Assembly: GCA_973895155.1 (NCBI GenBank)
Contig: OZ316894.1
Coordinates: 4,860,944 to 4,924,943, forward strand
Direction of reading: 5' to 3'
DNA length: 64,000 bases
Source of the DNA: Marsupella aquatica
Lineage: Eukaryota > Plantae > Marchantiophyta
The position numbers and the translations under genes were made by a program. Below the pieces are notes generated by a model. The model searched no databases. It saw nothing but the letters and a program-made list of their open reading frames with translations, and was not told the origin of the DNA. Positions 12,188-23,735 of the stretch are shown here, piece by piece (the first letter of the stretch is position 1; each line of letters opens with the position of its first letter).

Positions 12188-12773
12188 GTGAGATGCAATC
12201 ACAACAAAGAGAAAATCCGGCAGCAGCTCCACTACAACTGTACTACACTTACTACCGTAGTGCCAGCCCAGTTTACGGGGACATATGTGGAAAAATTAAT
12301 TATTTCTATTGAAATTACACCACAAGCATTCTTTGCATGGAACCCAATATATTATTCATTTTTTACAGCAGTTTTTGCCAGATGTTTGTTCGACAAGCCC
12401 AAAAGAGGCTCAAGATTCTAATCACTATTTATTCATTGCTAGGAAATCAAATATTCTGTTAAACAGCCCAATGTCATTTACTTTTCGTGCAATCGGTTGT
12501 TTAAGAGGCTCAAACGTTTAACCATTATTTATTCCTTGCGCCAATCGAGAAGCATAACTGAGATGATACCTACTGTAGTGAACTGCAGCAGTGACGACGT
12601 GCTGCTGCTGCAGTGAGGTGAGCACTGCGTCGTGCTCACCTCACAGCGACTACTGTAGTAAGTTGATTGAACTGCGACATTCACGTCAAAGGCGTCAGTA
12701 AGATATTCACAGTAGCGAAGTTTCAGCCGCCACTTGCAAATCTTTGAGGTGAGGCATTGTGAGCATAAATCTC

Positions 12774-13090
12774 TTTTTTTAAAGGAAACAATTGGGTGAC
12801 TAAATTAGAGGAATAAACCAGTTCATCACTGTTATATATCACATTGCCAAAACAACAAAAGGCGTCCGGGAGACATGATCCCATAGGTTAGAAACCCCAA
12901 TAAAGAGCAGGGGGGTGGGGGACAAGGAAAATCCCCCGGAAGACCAAAGAGCCAAATAACCCCGAAAGACCCAGACAAAAGCCCTCCACAACACCTACAA
13001 GGAATAAAAATCTAAAAGCCTACCTAGTAAAGCTCCTGAGTGATCTGCACAGGCGGGTCATGCAATGGAATGTGACTAGAGGCCCTAAAT
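12774..13090 (-). mobile_element. LINE-like 3' end with short A tail
   Basis: Minus strand reads as a GT-rich 3'-UTR-like tract ending in A7 (12774-12780). The core TGGGATC.TGTCTCCCG...TTTTGGCA.TGTGATATATA recurs at 14537-14665 and 15905-16110. Confidence 0.5.
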
Positions 13091-14536
13091 GAGTCCATTG
13101 TTTTGAATAAGTTATGACTCCTTTCTACTAAGTTACTCCCCAAATTGCACAACCTTCTTAAGGTGCTCCCTAAGCCAATTGAATTAGTAAGCTCCTTCCA
13201 TGGATTAATCTTAGACTTGTGTTTTAGCTATTTGAGTTATTTATGGCTGTCTGATTCCTTGCAACTTAGTAACTTGGTTCAATTTTGTTCAATCATCAAG
13301 AATGATTTTGTTATAGAGACCAATGTGGATATTTATATTAGAGGAAGGGATGAATCCATGAGTCCACCATTAGATTGGTTTAATTATCATCTTATCGAGA
13401 GCACTGCTGAGAAAGTAATGCTTGGATGAATCACTCCACGAATGTTGCAGCCAGGATGGACCCAGGTTATAGGTTCTATATTTTGTAACAAAACAATTGG
13501 GTGAAATTATTGAGGAATGGATGAATCCATGAGTCAACTATTCCAAAAAGTATGGAGATGTTTTACATAAACAATGTCTTATCTCCAAACACAATGTGGC
13601 CAGACTTTTGGTTTTTGTGTGCAATCTTTTAGTCACCAGAAAGGTTATCGGGTTATGAAGTTTGGGCATAAGAATATGCGAATAGCAGGATGGGGTAGAA
13701 ATTGTTATCCAACAGTAACCTTTGTTCCAAAATAAGAAAAATGTGCTATGTTAGTACTAGAAAGGTTTTTCTGCCATCCATGCCTTTTCGTCAACCATTG
13801 AGGTCCAAGGGGGCTGGGGGTTTCTTTCATAAAAGGCTGGAGAGATATATTTGATGGACCCCTAAAATGAAAAGGGTGACTTTATGGACCCCATGAGTGA
13901 TCCAGACAGTTGATGGGCCTTACAACAATGTACTTGAAATCTGATGGGGCCTGGTCAAGTAACAGTTTCCAATTTAGGGGTCTATCAAGTATATATCTCA
14001 CTCCCGGCATCCCTTTTCTCCTCTCAGTCTGGGCTAGCCATTGATTTTCAATTCTCAAAGTTTCTAAGAGGATTCTTAACTTCTTCTTCAGTCTTGTCTT
14101 TTGGATTTTTGTCGTCTCTAGGACCACAAAAATAAGGTTTTCATACTCAGATAGTGTTTTTCTTTCTGAAGACCCATGTTTTTTGGGTGAAAATAGGACC
14201 AGAAGATTGTAATGTTATGTTACTGGTTTTTCTGATATATATAGTCCCTGACTACAAAAACTCAAATGGACCACAAAGGGAGGTTTTTGCACTCGAACAA
14301 TACCTTTTTTGGCTACAAAACTCAATTTTCTTTGGGGAAGATTGACCTAGTCCATCCATGTCTCCATGTCAAATGTTGAGGTCCATCCAAGCATATAATT
14401 CTGTGCAGGAATAAATTTGTTGGTTTGTTTGTAGAATATGAAATTCTGTAGTAGTGCTTGAGTTTGTTGTCATTGCTATTGGGCAGGCATGCATGCAAGG
14501 CATTTAAGTTATTGTTTCTGGGCTCAAAAAATTGAC

Positions 14537-14665
14537 ATGTCTGGGGCTTTCTGGCTCTTTGGTCTTCCGGGTTTTCCTTTGTTTTCTCCCCTTTATGGGT
14601 ATCGTTCCTGTGGGATCTTGTCTCCCGATTTGGTGCTTTTTGTTCTTAGGCAGCATGTTCTATGC
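14537..14665 (+). repeat. Dispersed copy of the same LINE-like 3' sequence
   Basis: GGCTCTTTGGTCTTCCGGG...CTTTATGGGT...TGGGATCTTGTCTCCCG matches the reverse complement of ~12850-12960. Confidence 0.65.
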
Positions 14666-15904
14666 CTATACTGTCAGTTGGACTGTTGAGATAGATTTTG
14701 ATGTCTCCCAATGAATGTCAGAAAACATTTAAGTTTAGATTTTCTTTGTTAACACTGTTAACAATTTTTCTAGAACATTGTTTTGTACATTCATACACTG
14801 TTCCCATGTTATTCTATCTGGTTGTGGTGGAGAACCTTGGATGCTACCAGACCATTGTTTTTGTGATTTCTCTGTGCCAAAAAGGAACAAGGAATACTTT
14901 TCAAGGCATTTCAGTTATTGAATGGGGATTAATGGCAATACATTTAGGGTGTTGGTTTTAGTTTTTACATGATTCTCCAGTAGGAATTTCCTGTGTGGCC
15001 GTTACATGTAATGTGAATCCTGTCATATGTTCAGTCTTTCCCATGAGAGTCTTGACCTTATAATCCATCCAACCTATATTTGGAGACCCGAGGAATTATT
15101 GAAGATTGAGATAAGGCTGTCTTGATGTAGGAATTAATCAACTAGCATCCCTTGCAACCAGCATCTTTTGAAAGACCTGATTTCATGCATGTTTTTTTCT
15201 CATTGTGCGCATTGTTAACTAATGGATTTTTTTAATGTTTTGAATGCACTTTGTATTTTTGCACGACAAGAAACTGGCCAATCCTGCAAGAGAGCCATTA
15301 ACAACGGAGATACTAGGATAATCTAACTTAATGTTTTGCCAGTTGATGAAGTTATTGTTGTAAACTGATTTTCATTGAAAGATGAAGTCAGTGAGAGCAG
15401 AAGGCCCAACTCGCATGTAAGTGGCAATGTGTTGACTGGCCCTCAACTTGACTCATGGCACCATGTCAGTGAGAGAGAAAAATATGCCTGAACCCCCTCC
15501 TGTGCCAGGCCTGATGGCAAGAAAAGTGGAGTTCCAAGGGCAAGGGCCAAAAACTTTCCGGCCTTTGAGGTCCTGACCTCAAACTCCCTGATGAAGAAAG
15601 AGTGTCCTGTCTAAAGCTTCAGAGGGTGACAACAATGGAGTGACACAACCAGCCTTGTGCACTTGGCACATTGCAATGCAGCAGATCTACTTTTGCTGAT
15701 TGTTTCACCTTTTTGGCTCCCCCATGGATGGTGTCTCTTCCTGTTTGCGTAGAGCCAAGGCAGTCGTATTTGGGCCTTTACGCAGATTCCCCTCCGTCAC
15801 CTCATATGCCATTTATTCCGGAGCCCTACCAGGCTTTTCAGTTTTCCGCCCCGTAGGGTTTTAGTTCTTTGCTTCTTAGTGGACTTTCAGTTGTTGTGGG
15901 GGAC

Positions 15905-16435
15905 TCCTTGGCTTGTTGGGTCCCTTTGGTTTTCTCTTGGTCTTCTCTTTTCACTCCCTTTATTGGGTCCTTTTGCCTTTGTGATCATGTCTTCCCGTTT
16001 GGAGTTCTTGTCGTTTTGGCACTGTGATATAGATAAAGGGTCTTTTTGCCTTTGGGATCCTGTCGTCCCGTTTGGCATTCTTGTCTTTTGGGCACTGTGA
16101 TATATATGAGGCCACACTGTTTGAGGGCTGCTACATGCGAGTTGGACCTAAGACTCCAGACAAAGCAGGCCCACATATGATTACTTGTCTTTTGAGCACT
16201 GTGATATATATGAGGCCCACATATGATTACTTGTCTTTTGGGCACTGTGATATATATGAGGCCCACATATGATTATTTGTCTTTTGAGCACTGTGATATA
16301 TATGAGGCCCACATATGATTACTTGTCTTTTGGGCACTGTGATATATATGAGGCCACAATGTTTTTGAGGGCTGCTACATGGGAGTTTGACCCAATAAGA
16401 CTCCAAACAAAGCCAGGCCCGCATATGATTACAAA
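15905..16435 (+). repeat. LINE-like 3' copy followed by a 46-bp minisatellite
   Basis: Unit GCACTGTGATATATATGAGGCCCACATATGATTACTTGTCTTTTG(A/G) starts at 16196, 16242, 16288 and 16334 (46-bp period), with related starts at ~16019 and 16092. Confidence 0.9.
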
Positions 16436-16599
16436 CCCACTTGCTGCAGTTCGAAACTTCGAAAGGTGAATGGAACAGTCAGTTCGTCACAGAGGATTGA
16501 CGGCTCTAAAACCCACTGACTAGAGATAGATGGTGGACCATTAATGGTCATCAACACTCGTACTGCTGTGCGTGTTGGAAAGTCCACTTCCATGATAAT

Positions 16600-16827
16600 T
16601 CATGACAGAGCCGTGTTGGGCATAAGGGCGAAGAGAAAGAGGAAAGATTCAGGTCGTACTGATAGTACAGTAGCGCGAATTACAATTGGGACTGCCGAGT
16701 TGGGGACTGATATTTCATGACAGAGCCGTGTTGGGCACCAGGGCGAAGAGAAAGAGGAAAGATTCAGGTCGTACTGATAATACAGCAGCGCGAATTGCAA
16801 TTGGGACTGCGGAGTTGGGGACTGATC
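16600..16827. repeat. 115-bp near-identical tandem duplication
   Basis: CATGACAGAGCCGTGTTGGGCA...GAGTTGGGGACTGAT starts at 16601 and 16716 with only a few substitutions. Confidence 0.95.
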
Positions 16828-17791
16828 GAATGAGCTACAGAATCACGCACAGAATGGTGGCAGGTGAGAGATTAACTTTACAGGTTCTTCAGTGAATTAT
16901 TGACACTCATGAAGGTTGAAGGTCAGACTCTCTTCAATCTGATCTCCCCTCAAAATGGAATGTGGCCGCACAAGACCTGCCGGGGATTGTGGAAGAGAAC
17001 GCGTACTCTCCTCTTACGTACCTGCACAAAGATTTGAGTTCATCTAGACTCCGAACCACTCACTGTTGTCGGAAGCATAGATTCTGTATGGTACCGGTGT
17101 TGGTAGTTCGCACTACGACTACGGTCCGGAGACGACCATGGATTTATAGTTTATTACTTCTAGCAATGGCGATCTGATGGACAGGATGTCGGTTAGTTAC
17201 CGTTTGCCTTGCACGACAGGAAGGCATCGATGGGTTTCTGTCGTTGATGAGAACAAATCAGCTTAGCCACACCAGCACCAACACCGGATCCAGCTGCCAG
17301 TGTGTTCCGACAATTTTCATGGAAGTCATTCCTCCCCAGACGGACAAGTGCATGTCTCCAGATGTCTGTGCCTTGCCTTGCTTGTGGGCAGACCGGCAAG
17401 CCGCGTAGCATAGCATGGAGCGAGAAATCACGCGCTTTTTGCGCTATCTTCGTTGCTTGGACTGAACCCTAAAGCGGTACCGTTAAAGATGCTGCAGTAG
17501 TGGAAATCTCACTCAAAGATGCCGTTAACTGAAAGAAAGAAGGCCAACCGTACTATACACTAAATGATGGCGTCAGAAGACTCCCGCTGGTGACGATCAG
17601 GTCGAGTACCGAACCTCGCATTGATTCCTTTCGAGCAGGGCAGGGCAGGGCAGAGAATTATGCGAGCTTGCTTGGTCACACACCTCCGAGAGGAAAAAAA
17701 ACGTGTAAAGGACTGGGATATTTAAAAAGTGGCAAATCAATGATGCTCGAATCTGGTCAGGAACTGACATGTCGCCACAAATACGACCGCT

Positions 17792-20700
17792 TCAAACACC
17801 TTTATTCTCAAGTTTCTTATCGTTACGCATGCGCTTCCTATTTTCTCTTTGCTCAATAGTGTATTGGCGTTTTGTCATTAATTTCCTCATGGCTAGCTCT
17901 GCAGCTTCTGCTGCCAAAGCCACCTCCTCCGTGGCCGTATCTAATCGTCTGCTGCCCTGCAAAGCCTGCAGTAGCGCGTCTCCTCCAGGCATAGCATCGC
18001 TGTCGCATAACTCATAAGACCCAGCTGCTTCTTCTATATCACCACTTGGGTTGGGGTCCACATTGGTAGATGGAGACGAAGACTTGAGGATCAGTCTAAT
18101 GCGAGCCACTGCCGTCTGAGCTATGGCATGCGCCCTGGACTCTGCGGCTGCAATCTCTTCGGGCGTTACGCTCCGGTCGCTGGAGTCCACGGTTTCAGCT
18201 GCCCCGGCCACTAACCAAAGTCTAGCATCTACGTCAAATACTATGCTGGTTGGTGAAACGAGCTCGGCGAGAGCCAAAATCTGCGCACACCAGTCCGGTG
18301 AAGCCAATTGAGTTACCTCCTGAATCTGGAATCCACGCTTTAAAAAGTGCCTAAATGAAGTGGAATGTAGCACACTCCTGCCGTTTCGGATCAAGCTAGA
18401 CTCATCCCCGCACTAACTCATACCTGGAGAAATTGCAGCCTTTTTGCTTGACTGTCGTACTGTAACAGTAGAACACCTGGGTACCTGCAGTGATAGACGG
18501 GGCAAACAACATTTAGTACATTCCCTGATTGCCTCAATTGGAATCCCTCTCTGCATGCATTGTTTGGTGATTACACAAACATTATTTTCGGATGTCAATT
18601 TGGATGCACGGACAAGGAGTCATCGACATAGTGTGAAAACAAAGCGAGCTTAGGATTTCACTGTGGCTCTGCTTCGGTTCTAAGTCAATGAGAATCGAAC
18701 GCTAATCAAGGAGTGGCAGAAAATTCCAGCAAATTTTGGGATTCTTAACTTCAATTACAGATCATCACGCGTCGCCAATCAGGCATGCTTAGGCCGTACC
18801 TTTCGATGACGACTGCAACAAGACGTCCGTCAGGCGACACTGAGACACCTAGAACTGCTCCATTACGATTTTCTTCCGGGGTTCCACCATCGTTTGGCTC
18901 TGCCTTCAACACCTCAGACATGGCTTAGGATCAGTTACATGTGTCCAAAATACATTGACACGCACAGGACAGAGATTCATCAGCTGTGACTAAATGTACA
19001 AAACCAAAGTAAAACCATTCCAAGAGGGCCATAGCGACGTTTAGTATCAACTTCATGAAAGAAAACTCACCACCGCATCAGAAGTGTCGAACACATCAAG
19101 AAGTTCCCCAGTTTTGTAGTCCCATAATCGCACCTGGTAACACGAACCACCATGTCAACACCAGGGAATCTCGATGAGATATCCTAATTTTTAAATCGTG
19201 ATGACGACCATGAAGACCAAAAGAGATTGTGCAAAGGATCTCCCATTCATATAGAAAGCCCAGCGCTCTCGTTCAAGATTTAGATATATTTGCTTGACTT
19301 TCAACTACCCACGCAAAAATGAGGAAGGTTCCTACCGTGGCATCTCCACTTCCGGAAACCAGAAATTGCTGACTGGTCGGTTCACCTACAAATGCAACAC
19401 AAGTCACAAAGCTGCATCGATGTGTAAAGCTTGGATCAAAGTTGGAAACTTGCCAGAAATTGACATATTTAGTACAGCATGGAGAACCAGCCAACTAATC
19501 AAAGTAGGAGCTGATCGAAAGATTCATGCGCTTCTTTTGGTGGAGAAAGATTCCCATTAGACCAAAACCCCTAGAATAGAAATGTGTTTTTGAAACTATA
19601 CTAGTTGGAGGTAAGCAAATGCACAACTGCTGCGGGAATAAAATGAATGCAGACGATTCCTCTATTTGAGGTTCATGCTTACTTGAAGCAAACAAATCTA
19701 CAAACTGCATCATGAATTGACTGCCTTGACAAACATTTTAGGTCTCATTACAAAAATGGGAATGTTTACCTGGTGTGTCCTAGACAATAGCTCCAAATTT
19801 CGTGAGCTCCATTGGTGGGAACAGAAGGGAGAACACTGACCTGGAAAACAAATGAAACGTGTCAGAACAGTTCACGTGATGGTAACTATGACCATTGCTG
19901 TTACACTGTCCGCAGACTTTAGTTTAGGGAGAATTTAAGGTCAAAACCCTAAACCGTAAACTGAAGTGCTGCCTGAATGAATTCCACGCATGGCCAAAGC
20001 TGACTCTACGAGACAAACTAAACAGTAACGACACAAAAACTCTCAAGGGTTATGAACGTCTTACACGTATCTTGAAGTCCCGATCGGCAGTGACGATGTA
20101 TTTACCATCTGGAGACATTTTCTGCCAATTCATTTAATGCAGTAAGTTGTCAAGCTTGAGAGGGAGGCCACCGTGCATTCGAGGACAGAATTTTAGGCAA
20201 TTCTTCTTCAGACTGAGCTACTGTGGAAACTGATGATTAAAGTTGAGGAATCCATACCAAATCGGTAATAATGCTGCAACAGTGAGCAAGAAGTTGAATG
20301 GGCTCCTCCAATTTTTCTGATGTGGAAGTTGAAAGGACAAACACAACCCCGAATTTGTCCGCAAATAGAAGCCATGCGCTGTCCTGGGTGAAGCTCACTC
20401 CTGTGACTTTCTTCGCAAGGCGCCTGAGAACATTGCAAGCTAAAAATGAGTATCTTTCCAAGTAGGTTCAGAAGCAATTTCCCGCCTTTACTCATTAACA
20501 TCAATTCAAAAAACTTTACACAGAAATGTACCATACTGTGTTACAGAACAGGCCAATTCAATTTATCCCATTCGATATCTTCCAGTTCTCGAGTCAGTGA
20601 AATCTACCGAGATAAGCAGTTATGGCTTAAAAACAGGCTTGTGCAGAAAGAATTACGAATTGGACAATTTTATTTAAGAGAGGCTGTTAAAAAGAGAAAT

Positions 20701-22260
20701 GTTGCAAAGATCACGAAGGTTCGCATGCATGAGAAGGATCCCCCAAGACCACCCAAGTTGCCCTTCAGATTGAACAATAATTAACCAACTATTTACATAC
20801 CAATCTTGACGATGGAACCTCTGAAGGATGTCGCCCCTAAAGTCTTCGATCACAAGAAGGAATAAAATTGCTCCCACTAACACATACTTACGTGGTCTTA
20901 ATGCACGTCCAGGAATTTGTGTCCCACAGCTTTACAAGCTTGTCATCACCGGCTGACGCAAAAAGATTGCCCTCCTGATTGAAAGCGACAGCTCTTATTG
21001 CTTCACCATGCCTCCCAGGAGTTGTCGAATTTTCAGTAGTAACAGGTGCACCCTTTCTGAAAATAGCAAAACAAACCACAGTAAAACAGAAATCAAAACT
21101 GTGGCGATAGCAGAAATCGAAATTCCCACGGTACACTAGCAGATTCTCGCTCAGTAGGACATATACAAGTTCTTTCTTTACGAAGTTTGTGTCCGGCCAG
21201 TTTTTGTAGAGGGCAACGGCACTCCCCATTCTAAGAGGGAATTCGACAGTACAATACTTTAGCACTACAACTCGCTGAGTTCGAACCTTCAGAAACCATG
21301 TGAAATGATGTAAGAGTTGAAATAATGCCATATGCATGTCCCAATTGAAATGCCGTCACAATCTGCCCTCAAAACATTGAGCACAATGTGTGCTGGAAGG
21401 ATAGGTTTTCCCTAGTCACATCTATTCGGGGTACTCCTGATCCAGTGTATGACTCACAATTGAGCATTGACGGGCCATAGAATCAAGAAATTTCTCCTGG
21501 TTCGTAGATTGGACCCAAATAATTCACAGGCAAGATCCCAGGGCAGAACAATTCAAACAAAGCATTCGATGGTTCCAAGACGAAACGCTGCTTGCTCGCT
21601 GAAAGGTCTAAATTACAAGAGAGCTCCGCTGAATACTTGCAAACAGATGGATCATGAAAGAAAAGGAATTTCACCGAAGCTACATTTTACCTTTCATGCA
21701 CTAGCAGGCCCTCACGCTTCGCTCACCCATGAAGGTAGAGAAGCCAAAAGTCACTAAACATACAGATGATATGCAGCAGGTAAAGCACGCTCCGTTACCC
21801 TCATATCCAAGATATAATACTCGTTCGAGCAATTTCGTCCTTTAAGCTCACTTTCCCACGAAATGAAGAAGACAGATTGTCAACAAGGAGGACTGATCCC
21901 CATCAGATTCTCGAAGTCATTCATCCTCTCAGACAATAAGTTCGTCTCAAGTGACAGATGACCTAAACCAAATCTATCCATTCCATCTGCGATTGCACGT
22001 CGCCGGTCTCGTTCCGTCTTCGCTGGCATTCATCTCTCCTTCTTCATTCGCCGAGAAGAGCTTTCGCTTGCAAAAACCTACGAAATCCCACATTCCAAAT
22101 TCCACAACCAAAAAAAGAGCAAAACTCACTTGAAGTCGAAGATGCGGAGTCCGGCACCGATGGCTACCACCAGAGCTGTGCCTTTAGGGTGTACTGAAAT
22201 CAACGCCGGAGCCATCTTCTCAGCCACATGGTCTGCCATCGTTCCTTGTTGCTCCTCCAT
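17792..22260 (-). CDS. TRM82: tRNA (guanine-N7)-methyltransferase non-catalytic WD40 subunit (TRM82/WDR4), 10 exons
   Basis: GT-AG exons: 22260-22130, 21056-20892, 20423-20258, 20121-20065, 19840-19770, 19411-19336, 19133-19071, ~18910-18800 (acceptor uncertain), 18484-18424, 18319-17792. Motifs FASAGDDKLVKLW, ADKFGVV, LLAHCCSIITDL, SPDGKYIVTADRDFKIRV, HEIWSYCLGHTSFVTC, LVSGSGDATVRLWD and the plant-type tail KRQYTIEQRENRKRMRNDKK. Confidence 0.92.
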
Positions 22261-22351
22261 CGCTGCCTCTCTATGCGTGATTGCTTCTCCTTTGTCTTCT
22301 CCTTTGCTTCCTCTGTTTCTCGTGAGTTGGCTCTGCTGAGCGCTTCGGGAG

Positions 22352-22368
22352 TAACCCTAAAACCCTAC
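22352..22368. promoter_or_regulatory. Tandem telo-box-like motifs upstream of TRM82
   Basis: TAACCCTAAAACCCTAC ~95 bp upstream of the ATG. Telo boxes (AAACCCTA) are typical of plant translation- and ribosome-biogenesis gene promoters. Confidence 0.6.
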
Positions 22369-22390
22369 AGACAGAATCAGGTTGTCACTA

Positions 22391-22757
22391 GAGCGCCCCT
22401 AAAAAGTATGACATCTCCAAACTACCCTCTAATAGAAAACTAAATAAATGGAGCGCCCCTAGAAAGTATGACATCTCCAAACTACCCTCTGATAGAAAAC
22501 TAAATAAATGGGTCGCCCCTAAGTAGCATGACAGTCATGTCTAGACTACCCTCTAATAAAAAAAGTAAATAAATGGAGCGCCCCTAAGTAGTATGACATG
22601 TCCAAACTACCCTCTGATAAAAACTAAATAAATGGAGCACCCCTCACCCCTAGATAGCATGACATCTCCAAACTGCCCTCTAAATCAAAACTAAATAAAT
22701 AGAGGCCCCTAAATAGCAGGATAGGCCAAATTACCCGCTAATAGTAAATAAATAAGT
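22391..22757. repeat. ~60-bp minisatellite x6 abutting the TRM82 promoter
   Basis: GAGCGCCCCTA.A.AGTATGACATCTCCAAACTACCCTCT.ATAGAAAACTAAATAAATG at 22391, 22451, 22511, ~22576, ~22635 and ~22702. Confidence 0.95.
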
Positions 22758-22769
22758 AGACTTCTATTG

Positions 22770-23735
22770 TAAATAATGGGGGAGAATGAGGGGTGATCAT
22801 TGCTAATTCATTTTCATGAGTCAATCTATGTTGGTGTGAGAATTAGGAGTTACTCAATTTCTTGCTTTGTTTCTCTTGAAATCACTCTGTTGAGCACTTC
22901 AGTAGTAACACTAAAACCCTACGAACTATTTGGAGGCTCAGGTTCATGTTAGAGAGCCCCCAAAAGCGTAACATCTCCTAACACTCTAATAGCAAACTAA
23001 TATAGAGTTTTACGTCAAAGAATCGGGGAAATGAAGGGTTATCATTACTAACAGTAGAGGTGATCATTGCAAATTCATTTAAAGTTACTCTTTGTGGGGG
23101 CTTCCTAGGAGTGGTCATTTTTCATGAGTCAATCTGTGTCGATGCAAAAATTTAAAGCTACTCATTTGTTTATATGATTATAGTTATACGTTAAAGAATG
23201 GAGGGGAAATCAAGGGTGATCATTGCCCATAGTAGGACTGATCATTGCAAATTGATTTTCATGAGTCAATCTGTGTCGGTGCAAAAAAAATTAATTATTC
23301 ATTTTTCTTGAAAAGAATGGAGTTATATTTTAAATAAGGGGGAATGAAGGGTGTTCAACTTTAAAACTCTCACCAACACAACACAGATTTGACTGATGAA
23401 ACTGATCAGCTGGAAAGTCCATCAAGGGATCAGTTTCATGAGAATCTGTGTCCATGTGAGAATGTAGAGTTAAGAATAGAGTTATATTTTAAATAGGGGG
23501 GAATGAAGGGTGTTCAGCTTTAAAACTCTCACCAACACAACACAGATTTGACTGATGAAACTGATCAGCTGGAAAGTCCATCAAGGGATCAGTTTCATGA
23601 GAATCTGTGTCCATGTGAGGATGTAGAGTTACTCGGTTCTTTTAATGGAATAGAGTATACATTAAAGAATGGGGGGAAATGAAGGGTGATCAATTTTAAA
23701 TTCTCGCATATACACATATGGACTCATAAAACTCC
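22770..23735. repeat. Complex repeat array including a 159-bp near-exact tandem duplication with internal hairpins
   Basis: Recurring GGGG(G)AA(A)TGA(A/G)GGGTG and TTTCATGAGTCAATCT(A/G)TGT motifs. Units at 23319-23477 and 23478-23632 each contain ATGAAACTGATC...GATCAGTTTCAT. Confidence 0.9.

Noticed and set aside
10751-14395. ATGCTTGRATGGACC inverted pair as TIRs of a 3.6-kb element
   Set aside because: No matching TSD, and ATGGACC-like motifs are scattered through the region, so the boundaries cannot be supported.
16019-16435. Regularly spaced repeats resembling a CRISPR array
   Set aside because: Units are contiguous with no unique spacers, there are no cas genes and the context is eukaryotic; this is a minisatellite.
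16900-17460. GC-balanced stretch with short ORFs and splice-like motifs downstream of TRM82
   Set aside because: No consistent exon chain or recognisable protein; probably UTR or a decayed fragment.
17792-18394. 200-aa stand-alone ORF
   Set aside because: It is the last TRM82 exon (from 18319) plus intron read-through.
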